Below the pieces are notes generated by a model. That model saw only the letters and a list, made by a program, of their open reading frames with translations, had not been told where the DNA came from and did no database searches. From the IMG/VR virus record IMGVR_UViG_3300017589_000252, positions 1 through 38,751 of that record: a stretch of 38,751 nt of DNA. One strand, written 5' to 3'. This DNA comes from a virus (taxonomy: Duplodnaviria > Caudoviricetes). Positions within the stretch are counted from its first letter, which is position 1, and each line of letters opens with the position of its first letter. Made by a program: the position numbers and the translations under genes. Positions 7,724 to 16,099 of the stretch are shown one piece after another.

Positions 7724-9907
7724 TTATGCCTCCTCTTCGATCAGTGATGTGCCGCGCTTCCACGCGATCTTTTTCTGGCCTTCGTAGATCTTTTGGTTGT
7801 CCAGGTATACCGGCATGTTGACCGTCAAGTCTCCGCCGGCCTGCCCGCCAGCCTCCTCCCGCACGATCTGCCGGAGCAGGCCTTCTGGGGCTTCAAAGTT
7901 GCGGCCGGACTTCTGGTCGCCCAAAACAGCCAGGAACTCAGAATTCGGCGGTATGACGGCCCCGGTCGCGAGGGCGGGTACCAGCAGGGGCGCGGCCGTT
8001 GCGACGGCACCGGCGGCTGCCGCGATGGCTGGGGCGGCCACTCCGGCGGTGAGAGCGATTGCGGCGGCGGCCCCGACGACGGCAATCCCGATGAGGGTGC
8101 TCTTTATAATCACATCCTGATTCTCCGTCCAAAACCCGGAGACCGCTTTTCCTGTCGCCTGCGCGAAGTCTAGGAAGCTATCCCACATGCTGCGGAGACC
8201 CGATACGAAGCCGTCCCGCATGCCCTGCGCTGTCTGTGCGGCTGCCTCGATCATTCCGTTGCCCCAGGCCTCGGCGGCTTTCAGCGAACCAGTGGCCCAG
8301 GCGTAGGTGTTTGTGTACATGTTGTTTAACCCGAGCGCGGTGTTGTCCATGGCGCTTTGCATGGCGTCCCCGACGGCCTTGCTGAAGCCAGCCGCGAAAG
8401 ACGCATAGACTGTGGCTGCCCCCCGGCCAAAGATGGCTAGGTTGTTCAGACAGTTCGAAGTCATGGTCGCCACGCTCTGGCTCGCGTTCTCCCGCATTGT
8501 CTCGAATAGTTCCCCGAGGCGCACCATTTCGGGCTCGAAACTTTTCGCCAGATTCCACTCCGGAATGTAGACGGGGTTTGGCAGTGGTGCGAAAATGGGC
8601 GCCGGTACAAAGGGCGGCACAAGATTCCAGTCCGGCGTGTACACCGGGTTTTGTATCGGGCTAAAGTCGGGCGCGGGTACCAAAGGCGGAACCAGTCCCC
8701 AATCCTCGGCGGTCTGCGGTAGGTTCAGAAAGACGGGGTCTGTCATAAGCTCCGCCCGGACAAGGACAGGGTCGAGCATGGGCGGCCATCCGGTGATATC
8801 CGGCGTAAGCGCCACGGGGTATTTGTTCTTCGTGGCGTCGTCGCCTAGCTTGCCGTTGGACTCGCTGCTGGGTGTGATGTCGAAACTGCCGAAGCCTCCG
8901 CTCCCCATGTCCTGCTGCAGCACGTCGAGATCGTCAAATGCGGCCAGCGCGTTCTTAGCGGCTTTTGCGGCGTTGTCAATCCCCTCCGCCACGCCGTTTT
9001 CGCTGTCTGCCAGGGCGTCTGCCGAGGCGGTGGCGTCGTCCGTTATGTGCAAAAGGGTGTTAACCGCTTTCACAACTAGAATCAGGCCTGCCAAGACCTC
9101 ATTAATGACCCGAAGAATCGGGGTCAAAAGCTGAACAAGCCCCTTGCCCATCTCTCCAAGCAGGGCGCTCCACTGTTCCTTCAGAATGCGGGTCTGGTTG
9201 GCCCAATTCCCCGAGGTCCGGGCAAAGTCGCCCTGGGCGGCGCTGGTCGCGTGTAGGATGTACTCGTACCGCATGGTCGCCTTGCCGAGCTCGCTCATCT
9301 GGTTGTACGCGGTCTTGTAGCCCTTCGCAGCGGCAAAGGCCTGGAGGTTTGCTTCCGATAGGTTTATGCCCAGCTGCTTGAGCGGTTCGGTCTCGCCTGA
9401 AATACCAGACCGGAGCTTTTGGAAGGCGGTCTCGGTGTCCAGGTTATAAAAGGACGCCATGTCCCCGGCGAGCCCCGCCATGGTGGTGCTCATCTCCGCT
9501 GCTGTGCTTGTCCCGAAGCCCATTGATTTGAACATGGCACCCATCGTACTGGCGTACTTTTTCGCAGCCAGCTCGGAGAGCCCAAACTTGGTTATGGCGG
9601 TGTCCGCAAAGTCGTTAATTGTGCTGCTCATTTTTCCGAAGGTGACGTCGACCACGTTCTGGACTTCTTCCAGGTCGCTTGCCACGCCGACAGCGGCTTT
9701 CCCGAACCTAAAAAGCGCCATAACGATGGCCGTGATTGCAGCGATGGCGGCCATTGGCGCGAAGGCGGCGACAAGAGCGGCAGCCATGCCCTGCGCCGAT
9801 CCTGTGACGGCGGCCAGGCTTGCTTTGACGGCCGCGCAGCCGACCGTCATGCCGGTCGTGTTGACTGAGGTGTCTATCTTGATGGAGCCATCGTATCCCG
9901 CAGTCAT
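7724..9907 (-). CDS. Tail tape measure protein
   Basis: GYDGSIKIDT start, SDLEEVQNVVDVTFG, LRSGISGETEPLKQLG, QGDFARTSGNWANQ, and C-terminal LATGAVIPPN..GD; Ala-rich. Confidence 0.92.
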   Translation of the reverse strand: MTAGYDGSIKIDTSVNTTGMTVGCAAVKASLAAVTGSAQGMAAALVAAFAPMAAIAAITAIVMALFRFGKAAVGVASDLEEVQNVVDVTFGKMSSTINDFADTAITKFGLSELAAKKYASTMGAMFKSMGFGTSTAAEMSTTMAGLAGDMASFYNLDTETAFQKLRSGISGETEPLKQLGINLSEANLQAFAAAKGYKTAYNQMSELGKATMRYEYILHATSAAQGDFARTSGNWANQTRILKEQWSALLGEMGKGLVQLLTPILRVINEVLAGLILVVKAVNTLLHITDDATASADALADSENGVAEGIDNAAKAAKNALAAFDDLDVLQQDMGSGGFGSFDITPSSESNGKLGDDATKNKYPVALTPDITGWPPMLDPVLVRAELMTDPVFLNLPQTAEDWGLVPPLVPAPDFSPIQNPVYTPDWNLVPPFVPAPIFAPLPNPVYIPEWNLAKSFEPEMVRLGELFETMRENASQSVATMTSNCLNNLAIFGRGAATVYASFAAGFSKAVGDAMQSAMDNTALGLNNMYTNTYAWATGSLKAAEAWGNGMIEAAAQTAQGMRDGFVSGLRSMWDSFLDFAQATGKAVSGFWTENQDVIIKSTLIGIAVVGAAAAIALTAGVAAPAIAAAAGAVATAAPLLVPALATGAVIPPNSEFLAVLGDQKSGRNFEAPEGLLRQIVREEAGGQAGGDLTVNMPVYLDNQKIYEGQKKIAWKRGTSLIEEEA
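8550..8705 (-). repeat. 72-bp (24-aa) Pro-rich tandem repeat inside the tape measure gene
   Basis: AGATTCCAnTCCGG at 8550 and 8622. Peptide units DWGLVPPLVPAPDFSPIQNPVYTP / DWNLVPPFVPAPIFAPLPNPVYIP / EWNL. Confidence 0.85.
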
Positions 9908-9946
9908 GTGTTGTCTCACTTCCTTTTCGTGCCTGAATGAATACGC

Positions 9947-10507
9947 TTATTTTAGGCTGGCGTAGAACTGCTCGATGTGGGCCTCCTCGGTCTCGGTCAG
10001 CTCGTCCGGTAGGTCGAGAATGTCCGCAATTGCATGGCAGTATTCCTGCTCCTCTTTTGTGAGAGCCCCTTCTCGGCGCTTCTTCCGGTAGTAGATTATC
10101 CTGTTAAAAAAGCAATCTTCGTGTAGGTCCAAAAACAAGTAGTTGAACTTCCACCAATGCAAAAAGCCGACAGTCTCCAGGTCGAGCCCGTGGGTCTGTC
10201 GGATCGCGCTGTAAATGTACTTCGCGTCGTGCTCAAAGCTGTATAGGCGGTCTTGCTGCTTAGCCTGTCCATTCTGCGCTTCTCCGCAGTCTAAGAACTT
10301 CACGGCTAGCCTGAACGCTTCGTAGAAGTTCTCGGGCGCTTCGTCGTACAAAAGGTCAACCGCTATCATCTGCTTCTCGAGCGTCGCGAGCTCTTTGTCC
10401 TCGAAGGCCAGAATAATCCGCAGGCAGTTTCGGAAGTCGGCGTTGATGGCGTACACTCGACCGGCCACCTCAATGGCTGCGGGGAAGCAGTCGAGGAGCA
10501 CGTTCAT
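9947..10507 (-). CDS. Gp15-family (A118-like) tail assembly protein
   Basis: YAINADFR, YSFEHDAKYIYSAIRQ and LHWWKF motifs; located just before the tape measure gene. Confidence 0.88.
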   Translation of the reverse strand: MNVLLDCFPAAIEVAGRVYAINADFRNCLRIILAFEDKELATLEKQMIAVDLLYDEAPENFYEAFRLAVKFLDCGEAQNGQAKQQDRLYSFEHDAKYIYSAIRQTHGLDLETVGFLHWWKFNYLFLDLHEDCFFNRIIYYRKKRREGALTKEEQEYCHAIADILDLPDELTETEEAHIEQFYASLK

Positions 10508-10914
10508 CTCATGACCGCCGCCGGTGCTGCCTTTTTTGCGTACTTGCCGGTCTTCTTGGCACGGGCCCGCTGAACGTAGGGTGCTATCCCATCAAAGAAT
10601 TGTTTGAACATCTCGATCTCGTAGGCGTCTTCAAACACTTTAGTGCTGGTGCCTGCGCCAAAGGTCTCGTCTATCTCGCTCCTGAAATAGTCGACGGCCT
10701 CACGGAGCAGGGCAAGCCCACCGACAGGGATTGCGTCGCCGGGGCTTGCGTCAAGCTGTTTCGTCAGATCAACTCTGCGTTGCATGAAGTTGTCCACAAG
10801 AAGAATATATCGTTCGGTGAAAGCCAGGTCGTTCGGGTTGAACTCGATTACGCGGGTTTCGTCGTCGTTTATGCAAAGCCTCACCTTGCCGCTGGTAATG
10901 CTTAAGCTATCCAC
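10504..10914 (-). CDS. Tail assembly chaperone
   Basis: Between the major tail gene and Gp15; IDETFGAGTS motif; GAGGAGG RBS with GTG start. Confidence 0.8.
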   Translation of the reverse strand: MDSLSITSGKVRLCINDDETRVIEFNPNDLAFTERYILLVDNFMQRRVDLTKQLDASPGDAIPVGGLALLREAVDYFRSEIDETFGAGTSTKVFEDAYEIEMFKQFFDGIAPYVQRARAKKTGKYAKKAAPAAVMR

Positions 10915-10937
10915 GGGGGTACCTCCTCTTTTTTACT

Positions 10938-10970
10938 GACCGGGGAGGACGGTATAATTCCTCCCCGGTT
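10938..10970. other. Strong intergenic hairpin after the major tail gene
   Basis: ACCGGGGAGGA-9 nt-TCCTCCCCGGT, with no U-tract on the coding strand. Confidence 0.65.
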
Positions 10971-10994
10971 GTCCTGGCTGTCTTTAGCCGGTTC

Positions 10995-11780
10995 TTATGC
11001 GGTTGTAAAAGATTTGGTCACGTTGGCCAAAATCTGGCCGTAAGCGTCGACCACGCCGCCCACAATAACGAAGTGCTTCGTGGCTGCGGTCATGGCTGTC
11101 GTCGGCGAAAGCGTGAGGATCTTCTTCGTGGCGTCCAGGCTCTTTGTGCAGGGCTTTACCGCGCCAGTCGTGGACAGGATAAGCGTGACGTCTTCCGCCT
11201 TGATGGCGTTGTTAAACGTGATTACGATGGCCGCGCCAACCGCGATGCCTGTGGCTGCGTCGGCCGGTACGATTGTCGAAAGCGCGATGGCCGTGACGGT
11301 GTCCGGCGTGAATACAGGTGCGCCGTCTGTGACCAGCGAGGTGCCAATGACAGGGTCTCCGTTCAGGCCGATGGCGTAGTCAATGGTGACAGGCTTTCCG
11401 CCGTCGCCGCCGAAGCTGTTGACCTGGATGACGGCGTTATTCCGCTCCGATTTGTAGGGACTGCCGCTGTAGAGGTACACCAGCAGGACTTCGGTCTCGG
11501 CTGCGGCTCCGATCGCGCGGGTTCTCCGGATGTTGTCGACATAGTCAAACACCGGGTTGCCCGCATACGCGGTCTGCGGCGAGCTGATCTGTACCTGGTA
11601 GCTGTCTAGGGATGTGGACGCGCTGTCCGCGTCGATGTATGTCTCTGTGGTGGCCTGCGGGTTGTAGGCGATGCTCTGCCCCGCGATGCCCTTGCCCATA
11701 CGGGACCAGATGGGTACAGCCAGGGTTCCTGTGTTCAGGAATGCCGCGACCTGGCTTCTCTTGACTTTGACTTCTGGCAT
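10995..11780 (-). CDS. Major tail (tube) protein with C-terminal Ig-like (Big_5) domain
   Basis: YNPQATTETYID tube motif; C-terminal PADAATGIAV..IVITFN..LTLSP..V.DAYGQ. Confidence 0.88.
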   Translation of the reverse strand: MPEVKVKRSQVAAFLNTGTLAVPIWSRMGKGIAGQSIAYNPQATTETYIDADSASTSLDSYQVQISSPQTAYAGNPVFDYVDNIRRTRAIGAAAETEVLLVYLYSGSPYKSERNNAVIQVNSFGGDGGKPVTIDYAIGLNGDPVIGTSLVTDGAPVFTPDTVTAIALSTIVPADAATGIAVGAAIVITFNNAIKAEDVTLILSTTGAVKPCTKSLDATKKILTLSPTTAMTAATKHFVIVGGVVDAYGQILANVTKSFTTA

Positions 11781-12251
11781 TTAGATTGCCTCCTCATCGT
11801 ATGTTAGCGAGTAAACGCTGAAAAATGTGGTGTTGCCCTTTGTGTCCTTTCCGGAGAGGTCCTTCGGCCCGGCAAGGGTCACGATCTCGTCCGGCACTCT
11901 TCGGTCGCCAATGTCCAATCCGATGGTCCCGTTTGTTTTGAACCAGGCGGCCAGATCATTGAGTGGCTTAAAGATTTCCCCGGCGTTGTCTGGTACCGCG
12001 TTTGTCGTGAAGTAAATCATAAAGGGCAGCTCCGCTGTGAAGTTGCCCACGATGTCCTCATCCAGAATGGCGCCGCCCTCGCTCTTGATGCTGTACCCGA
12101 GGTCTCCGTCCATGTACTCGAGGTACACTCGGCTGGGCAGGATTTCCGCTTGCGTGACGGGGTCCTTTAATCCGTTTATCCAGGTTTGAAGGGCAACCAG
12201 CACTTGCGTTGTGTCCGTTGCGTCCAAAGATCGGACAGTATCGTCTGCCAT
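11781..12251 (-). CDS. Tail terminator/completion protein
   Basis: Size and position immediately before the tube gene. Confidence 0.7.
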   Translation of the reverse strand: MADDTVRSLDATDTTQVLVALQTWINGLKDPVTQAEILPSRVYLEYMDGDLGYSIKSEGGAILDEDIVGNFTAELPFMIYFTTNAVPDNAGEIFKPLNDLAAWFKTNGTIGLDIGDRRVPDEIVTLAGPKDLSGKDTKGNTTFFSVYSLTYDEEAI

Positions 12252-12608
12252 TTAGAATCCTCCTCCTGTCAACCGCTTTACGCCTGCTGTCCATTTCCTT
12301 TTATTGATGGCCTTGGCGGTCTCGAACCACGTTCGCGTCGCCTTCGGGTGGCTCTGGGCCGAATGCTTGAAGTTGCGGTAGTATTGATCCTTCGCATAAA
12401 TCTTGTTGTAGACAACCCCACCGCTGCCTATTTTAGTGCCGGCAATGCCCGACCGTTCCAGCTCTCCGGTAAGGCGTGGGACGTAAGGGGTAGAATCTTT
12501 CAAGACCTCATTGTCTAGCCAAGCCTGCGCGAGCTTTACCCTGCCGGTGAATTTCGCCGCGGTTGCCGTAGGGTTAAACGTCACTGAGACCTTTGGCCTT
12601 GTGCTCAT
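12252..12608 (-). CDS. Minor capsid/neck protein (A118 gp10-like)
   Basis: DSTPYVPRLTGEL, YAKDQYY and WFETAK; GGAGG RBS before ATG 12608. Confidence 0.85.
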   Translation of the reverse strand: MSTRPKVSVTFNPTATAAKFTGRVKLAQAWLDNEVLKDSTPYVPRLTGELERSGIAGTKIGSGGVVYNKIYAKDQYYRNFKHSAQSHPKATRTWFETAKAINKRKWTAGVKRLTGGGF

Positions 12609-13051
12609 TTGGCGATCACCTCCAGCGTCGCCGGTCCTGCTAGGTTGCTGGCCGGTATGGCTGCGTCGGAAACAGCAAAGCACCGGTATTTTCCTTGCAT
12701 GGTGACTTTTGTGTCGTTGGGCAGAGTGTCGGTTACCGCACCGTCAACAAAGAAGTCGTCCTTCACTCTGAGTGTGAAATGGAGCGCCTTCTGCTGTGCT
12801 GTCAGTGCAGGCCAGAGCTCCGCGGCTATGAACGTTCGGCCGCTGGTAGCCGTGAAGTCCGAGAGATCCACAATCAACAGCCCTGTGTCTTCGGTCTGGA
12901 TGCCGCGCTGGCTAAGTCTCTGTTGGTAGGCTTTGTCCAGGTACACCCACTCGAGTACAGTGCGCTGATAGGTCGCTACGCCGTTCGTTGTGTCGACGTA
13001 GTTGTACAGAGTGATGGTGTGCGGCCTTGCCCTTCGACTTATCTTTTTCAT
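12605..13051 (-). CDS. Head closure/stopper protein
   Basis: PHTITLYN N-terminus, LEVIAK C-terminus, position in the neck module. Confidence 0.7.
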   Translation of the reverse strand: MKKISRRARPHTITLYNYVDTTNGVATYQRTVLEWVYLDKAYQQRLSQRGIQTEDTGLLIVDLSDFTATSGRTFIAAELWPALTAQQKALHFTLRVKDDFFVDGAVTDTLPNDTKVTMQGKYRCFAVSDAAIPASNLAGPATLEVIAK

Positions 13052-13431
13052 AGCGCCACCGCAATCAGGCCTGTGTTCCAGAGATACTGCTTTGCCCGGC
13101 GAATGCCGTCGGCCTTGAGTACCTCTATACTCGCCGGATCAATTGAGAAGGAGTAACTGCCGACCTTCTCCGACGTGGTGACTACGCCGCCGTCCGTGTC
13201 TTTCTCAACCAGCGCCAGAGCTTCGGTAATGCTGCAGGTGGCAAGCTTAATTGCATCCTGCGTGTCAGTATCGAAGTTACTGAGGCCAATCCGGCGGATC
13301 CGATTGAAGGTAAGCCTATCGATCTCGTCAGAGGCCCGCAGGGCAATACGGGCAAAATCAGCGGTGTCAATCGCCTGACCGTTGTATGTGGCGGTGTAAT
13401 CTGCTTCTGCGATGTATGCGGCGTAAGCCAT
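13048..13431 (-). CDS. Head-tail adaptor protein
   Basis: RASDEIDRLTFNRI, KLATC, SEKVGSYSFS and YLWNTGL. Confidence 0.85.
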   Translation of the reverse strand: MAYAAYIAEADYTATYNGQAIDTADFARIALRASDEIDRLTFNRIRRIGLSNFDTDTQDAIKLATCSITEALALVEKDTDGGVVTTSEKVGSYSFSIDPASIEVLKADGIRRAKQYLWNTGLIAVAL

Positions 13432-13444
13432 ATTCTCACCCCAT

Positions 13445-13477
13445 AAAAGGGGAGAGCGGCATTATACGCCGCTCTCC
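13445..13477 (-). terminator. Intrinsic terminator after the capsid genes
   Basis: GGAGAGCGGC-7 nt-GCCGCTCTCC followed by CCTTTT. Confidence 0.65.
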
Positions 13478-13695
13478 GTTTCTTTGATTTTCGCTAGAAT
13501 GTCAGCCTTTTTTTCTGCGTCGCCGAGGTCGATGCCCACTTCGGTAGCGTAAGCCTTAAGCTCTGCAACCGTCATGCTGTCAACAGGTTTAGGCGTCACT
13601 GCGGCCTGCTCGACCTTTTCATAGCCTTTTTCTTTGAACAGCGGCCATTTCTTATCCGCAATGTTGTGCGTGATGCCGCCTTTCGTTACAAGCAT
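13462..13695 (-). CDS. Small head-associated protein with Rho_N/HeH-like C-terminus
   Basis: MTVAELKAYA...GIDL...KKADILAKI; GGGAGG RBS before ATG 13695. Confidence 0.8.
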   Translation of the reverse strand: MLVTKGGITHNIADKKWPLFKEKGYEKVEQAAVTPKPVDSMTVAELKAYATEVGIDLGDAEKKADILAKIKETESGV

Positions 13696-13714
13696 AATTT
13701 CATACCTCCCTGAA

Positions 13715-14596
13715 TTAAGTTGTGGACTTGTGCAGATAGATACCCGTTGCCTTATTCGAATAGACAAAGGCGTCGTGGTACTCGCGGAACTGGAAGAGCC
13801 ATGCGTCTTTCTTCTGGTTGGTGTCGGGGTCGAAGATCTTCGGAAGAGAGAACTTGACAACCTGGCAGATGGCTTCGGGATAGACGATCATGAAGTTGAT
13901 ATTCAGGCCGGTTGTCGCGTTCTTGACATAACCCCAGGAAGCGGAGCCGTCGTTCAGGGTAAGAGCCGTGTAGAAGCGGCTCTTGGGTACCCAGAAGATT
14001 GGCATGTTGTTATAACCGTTCAGAACGGTATTCACGACTCCGTCGCTGCCAAACTGGCGAGTAAGCGCACCGTTCAGAATAGGCTTGAGATCACTGTTGA
14101 TGTACAACTTGCGACCAGCCGCAGGGACTTCATCCGCGTCCATCTGCCTGACTGCCTCGTCAATGGCGGCGAGAATGGTAGAAGCGGTAAGTACGGCCCC
14201 TGCAACCGTGGAAATACCGCTTGCACTTGCGTATTTTGCAAAGCGGTAAGCGTCCAACTCCGGGATAACGTGAGTTCTCATGAACTGCCCAGTGACCTGA
14301 CCAAATGCCATACCGAGAGTTTCCTCGTTGTCCATGCGGTCAATGGAGAGCTCTTTGCCGCGCTCCTCCGTCAGCGTAAGGGTTTCCCATGCGGCGGTTA
14401 CGTCGCCTGCGGGATAGCCGTCCTCGCGGTCATAGTCGCCAAGGCCGGTGGTGGACACCTTGAGTACCTGAACCGTGTTGACACCTTCAAATCCGGGATT
14501 GGTACCGGCATCCATGCCGGATGTTACGGCTCCTGCCTTGTAAATCTCATCGATGACCGGCGCAAATTTCTGCGCATATGCAATACTGTTAGGCAT
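13715..14596 (-). CDS. Major capsid protein
   Basis: GLGDYDR..GY..G.V...WET, IDRMDNEET, VIPELDAYRF and YHDAFV..NK..GIY. Confidence 0.93.
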   Translation of the reverse strand: MPNSIAYAQKFAPVIDEIYKAGAVTSGMDAGTNPGFEGVNTVQVLKVSTTGLGDYDREDGYPAGDVTAAWETLTLTEERGKELSIDRMDNEETLGMAFGQVTGQFMRTHVIPELDAYRFAKYASASGISTVAGAVLTASTILAAIDEAVRQMDADEVPAAGRKLYINSDLKPILNGALTRQFGSDGVVNTVLNGYNNMPIFWVPKSRFYTALTLNDGSASWGYVKNATTGLNINFMIVYPEAICQVVKFSLPKIFDPDTNQKKDAWLFQFREYHDAFVYSNKATGIYLHKSTT

Positions 14597-14615
14597 GTTG
14601 AATTACCTCATTTCA

Positions 14616-15179
14616 TTATATTTTTGTAGTGCCGTCAGGTAAGCCGGCGGCCTTCCTGACAGAAGCGGTGAATGCGTCGACGTTAAGGTCCGTGCCTGCC
14701 CCGCCCAGCTTACCGGCAAATATGCCGGGAGCTGGCTTTTCGCCCTCAAACAGATAGTCGTTATCTGTTTTGATTTTGTCGAGCTGCTCTTTCAGGCCAA
14801 CGATTTCCTCACCATTGAGCTTCAGCCCCCCCATGTCGAGTAAAGCCTTAACTGCCTTGGCATTTTTGGCCTTTACGCCCGACAAGGCGCCATCGAGCGC
14901 GTGGTCGAACTGCAGCTTAGAAATATCGGCTGTACGGTCTGCTTCGGCTTTCTCAGCCTTGGCCTTGTAGTCCTCGGCGGCTTGCTTGATACCGTCGATG
15001 TCCATGGCCTTGAAGCCGTCAATGGTCTTCCCGGCTTCCGACAACTGTGTTTTCAGGTCTTCGTAGTCGGAAAACTTGGTTTTCGTGGACTCGATGTCCT
15101 TGCCGTTCTCCGCCATGATGGCGTCAAGCGCCTCCTTGGTGATATCCGGCAGGAGCTCTTTGATAAATTCGCGTTTCAT
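14616..15179 (-). CDS. Scaffolding protein (Phage_GP20 family)
   Basis: MKREF...IMAENGKDIE, AKNAKAVKALLD, GLKEQL...YLF. Confidence 0.92.
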   Translation of the reverse strand: MKREFIKELLPDITKEALDAIMAENGKDIESTKTKFSDYEDLKTQLSEAGKTIDGFKAMDIDGIKQAAEDYKAKAEKAEADRTADISKLQFDHALDGALSGVKAKNAKAVKALLDMGGLKLNGEEIVGLKEQLDKIKTDNDYLFEGEKPAPGIFAGKLGGAGTDLNVDAFTASVRKAAGLPDGTTKI

Positions 15180-15194
15180 ATGTTTGTCCTTTCT

Positions 15195-15256
15195 CCGTAT
15201 GCTTTGAAACAGGGTTGCATCCCTACGGTGTGCCCGTTACGCCCGGCACGTGGCGA
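15195..15256 (-). ncRNA. Structured cis-regulatory leader (tandem pseudoknots) of the scaffolding gene
   Basis: Crossing pairings CGCC/GGCG with GTGCC/GGCAC, then TAGGG/CCCTG with ATGC/GCAT, closed by CCGT/ACGG next to the RBS. Confidence 0.6.
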
Positions 15257-15265
15257 AATGGCATG

Positions 15266-15291
15266 AAAAAAGCAGCCCTTTCAAGCTGCTT
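15266..15291 (-). terminator. Intrinsic terminator
   Basis: AAGCAGCTT-GAAA-GGGCTGCTTTTTT. Confidence 0.8.
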
Positions 15292-15307
15292 GAATCAATT
15301 TGAGTAT

Positions 15308-15337
15308 AAAAAGGCCACACGGTGTTACGGTGTGGCC
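15308..15337 (-). terminator. Moron terminator overlapping the moron stop codon
   Basis: GGCCACAC...GTGTGGCC followed by TTTTT. Confidence 0.75.
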
Positions 15338-15846
15338 TGCAATGCTTCTTCTTTTGGTACTTGATTCGCTTCAAGATTCTTTTGGATAAATTCAATTACA
15401 TCGCCCTCCTTTTTTTGAAAAAACAGTCTGGGCAAGAATTCAATCAGAGCGAAGCCGAGCAACGACCAGCAACACAGCGCAAATACGATTAAAGCGGTTC
15501 CCCAAATATCAAAAACACCCTTAAAAGAAGGCAGTAACATATTGAAACAGCCAAACGCTAAAAAGAAACCCATTAGAATTCTAGCAGCTTTTGTTGTTGA
15601 AAATTTCCCAACAATAATACTGCCGCCTTCCCGCTCAATAATCCGACCGACAAAAGGGACCTGGAAGCGGCTGTCGCCCCACATGGAAGTTTTTGAAAGA
15701 TAAAATTTGTCCTTCATAAATTTATATATAAAAATATCGCCAGTTAAAGTATTAGAAAAATTACGAGGCCTAGCCTGAGCTTGAAATATAATCTTTATTT
15801 GCGCTGCAGTAAGTTTTGTTTTAAAATACATCGTTTTAACGTACAT
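15325..15846 (-). CDS. Moron: membrane protein with two TM helices
   Basis: AT-rich 173 aa with its own promoter and terminator; F.GRI......IVGKF followed by two hydrophobic helices. Confidence 0.8.
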   Translation of the reverse strand: MYVKTMYFKTKLTAAQIKIIFQAQARPRNFSNTLTGDIFIYKFMKDKFYLSKTSMWGDSRFQVPFVGRIIEREGGSIIVGKFSTTKAARILMGFFLAFGCFNMLLPSFKGVFDIWGTALIVFALCCWSLLGFALIEFLPRLFFQKKEGDVIEFIQKNLEANQVPKEEALQATP

Positions 15847-15876
15847 ACAGAACCTCTTAAATTGAAATTTTAATTT

Positions 15877-15905
15877 ATTCTATCATATTCTAAATTAATT
15901 TCCAA
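15877..15905 (-). promoter_or_regulatory. Moron promoter
   Basis: TTGGAA-17 nt-TAGAAT with an extended TG. Confidence 0.65.
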
Positions 15906-15917
15906 TATCTGTACATG

Positions 15918-15949
15918 AAAAAACCACCCTGCCGTTAAGCTTGGTGGTT
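15918..15949 (-). terminator. Intrinsic terminator after the MuF/partner genes
   Basis: AACCACC...GGTGGTTTTTT. Confidence 0.75.
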
Positions 15950-16098
15950 CATTCAAAAACTATGGTTTCTTGATTCAATTCTTTTATGAAGTCCTCGAAG
16001 GCGTTCATTTGCTCTTGGGTGGCGCCTTCTTTCAAAACCCATTGGCCGTTCTTGTGTTCGACGGAATTGTGCAGGATCACAGGCAGCGGGACCAGCAT
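15949..16098 (-). CDS. 49-aa protein, candidate immunity partner of the MuF C-terminal domain (not in ORF track)
   Basis: ATG 1 nt after the MuF stop with a GGGGGTG RBS. Translation: MLVPLPVILHNSVEHKNGQWVLKEGATQEQMNAFEDFIKELNQETIVFE. Confidence 0.7.
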   Translation of the reverse strand: MLVPLPVILHNSVEHKNGQWVLKEGATQEQMNAFEDFIKELNQETIVFE

Positions 16099-16099
16099 T

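Noticed and set aside
10500-10560. Lambda G/GT-type frameshift between the tail chaperone genes
   Set aside because: A GCAAAAAAG run exists near the end of the first gene, but the two genes are coupled by an ATGA overlap and Gp15 has a normal N-terminus. Not supportable without data.
13462-13860. Possible programmed +1 frameshift extending the major capsid protein into the downstream ORF, whose frame is open across the capsid 3' end
   Set aside because: The capsid ends ACA ACT TAA, with no CCC-TAA or slippery heptamer, and the downstream gene has its own GGGAGG RBS and ATG at 13695.
13634-14629. Long + strand ORFs (331 aa here; also 2423-3286, 19413-20393 and 26968-27948)
   Set aside because: Antisense shadows of well-conserved genes with GC-biased codons; no recognisable motifs or clear RBS.
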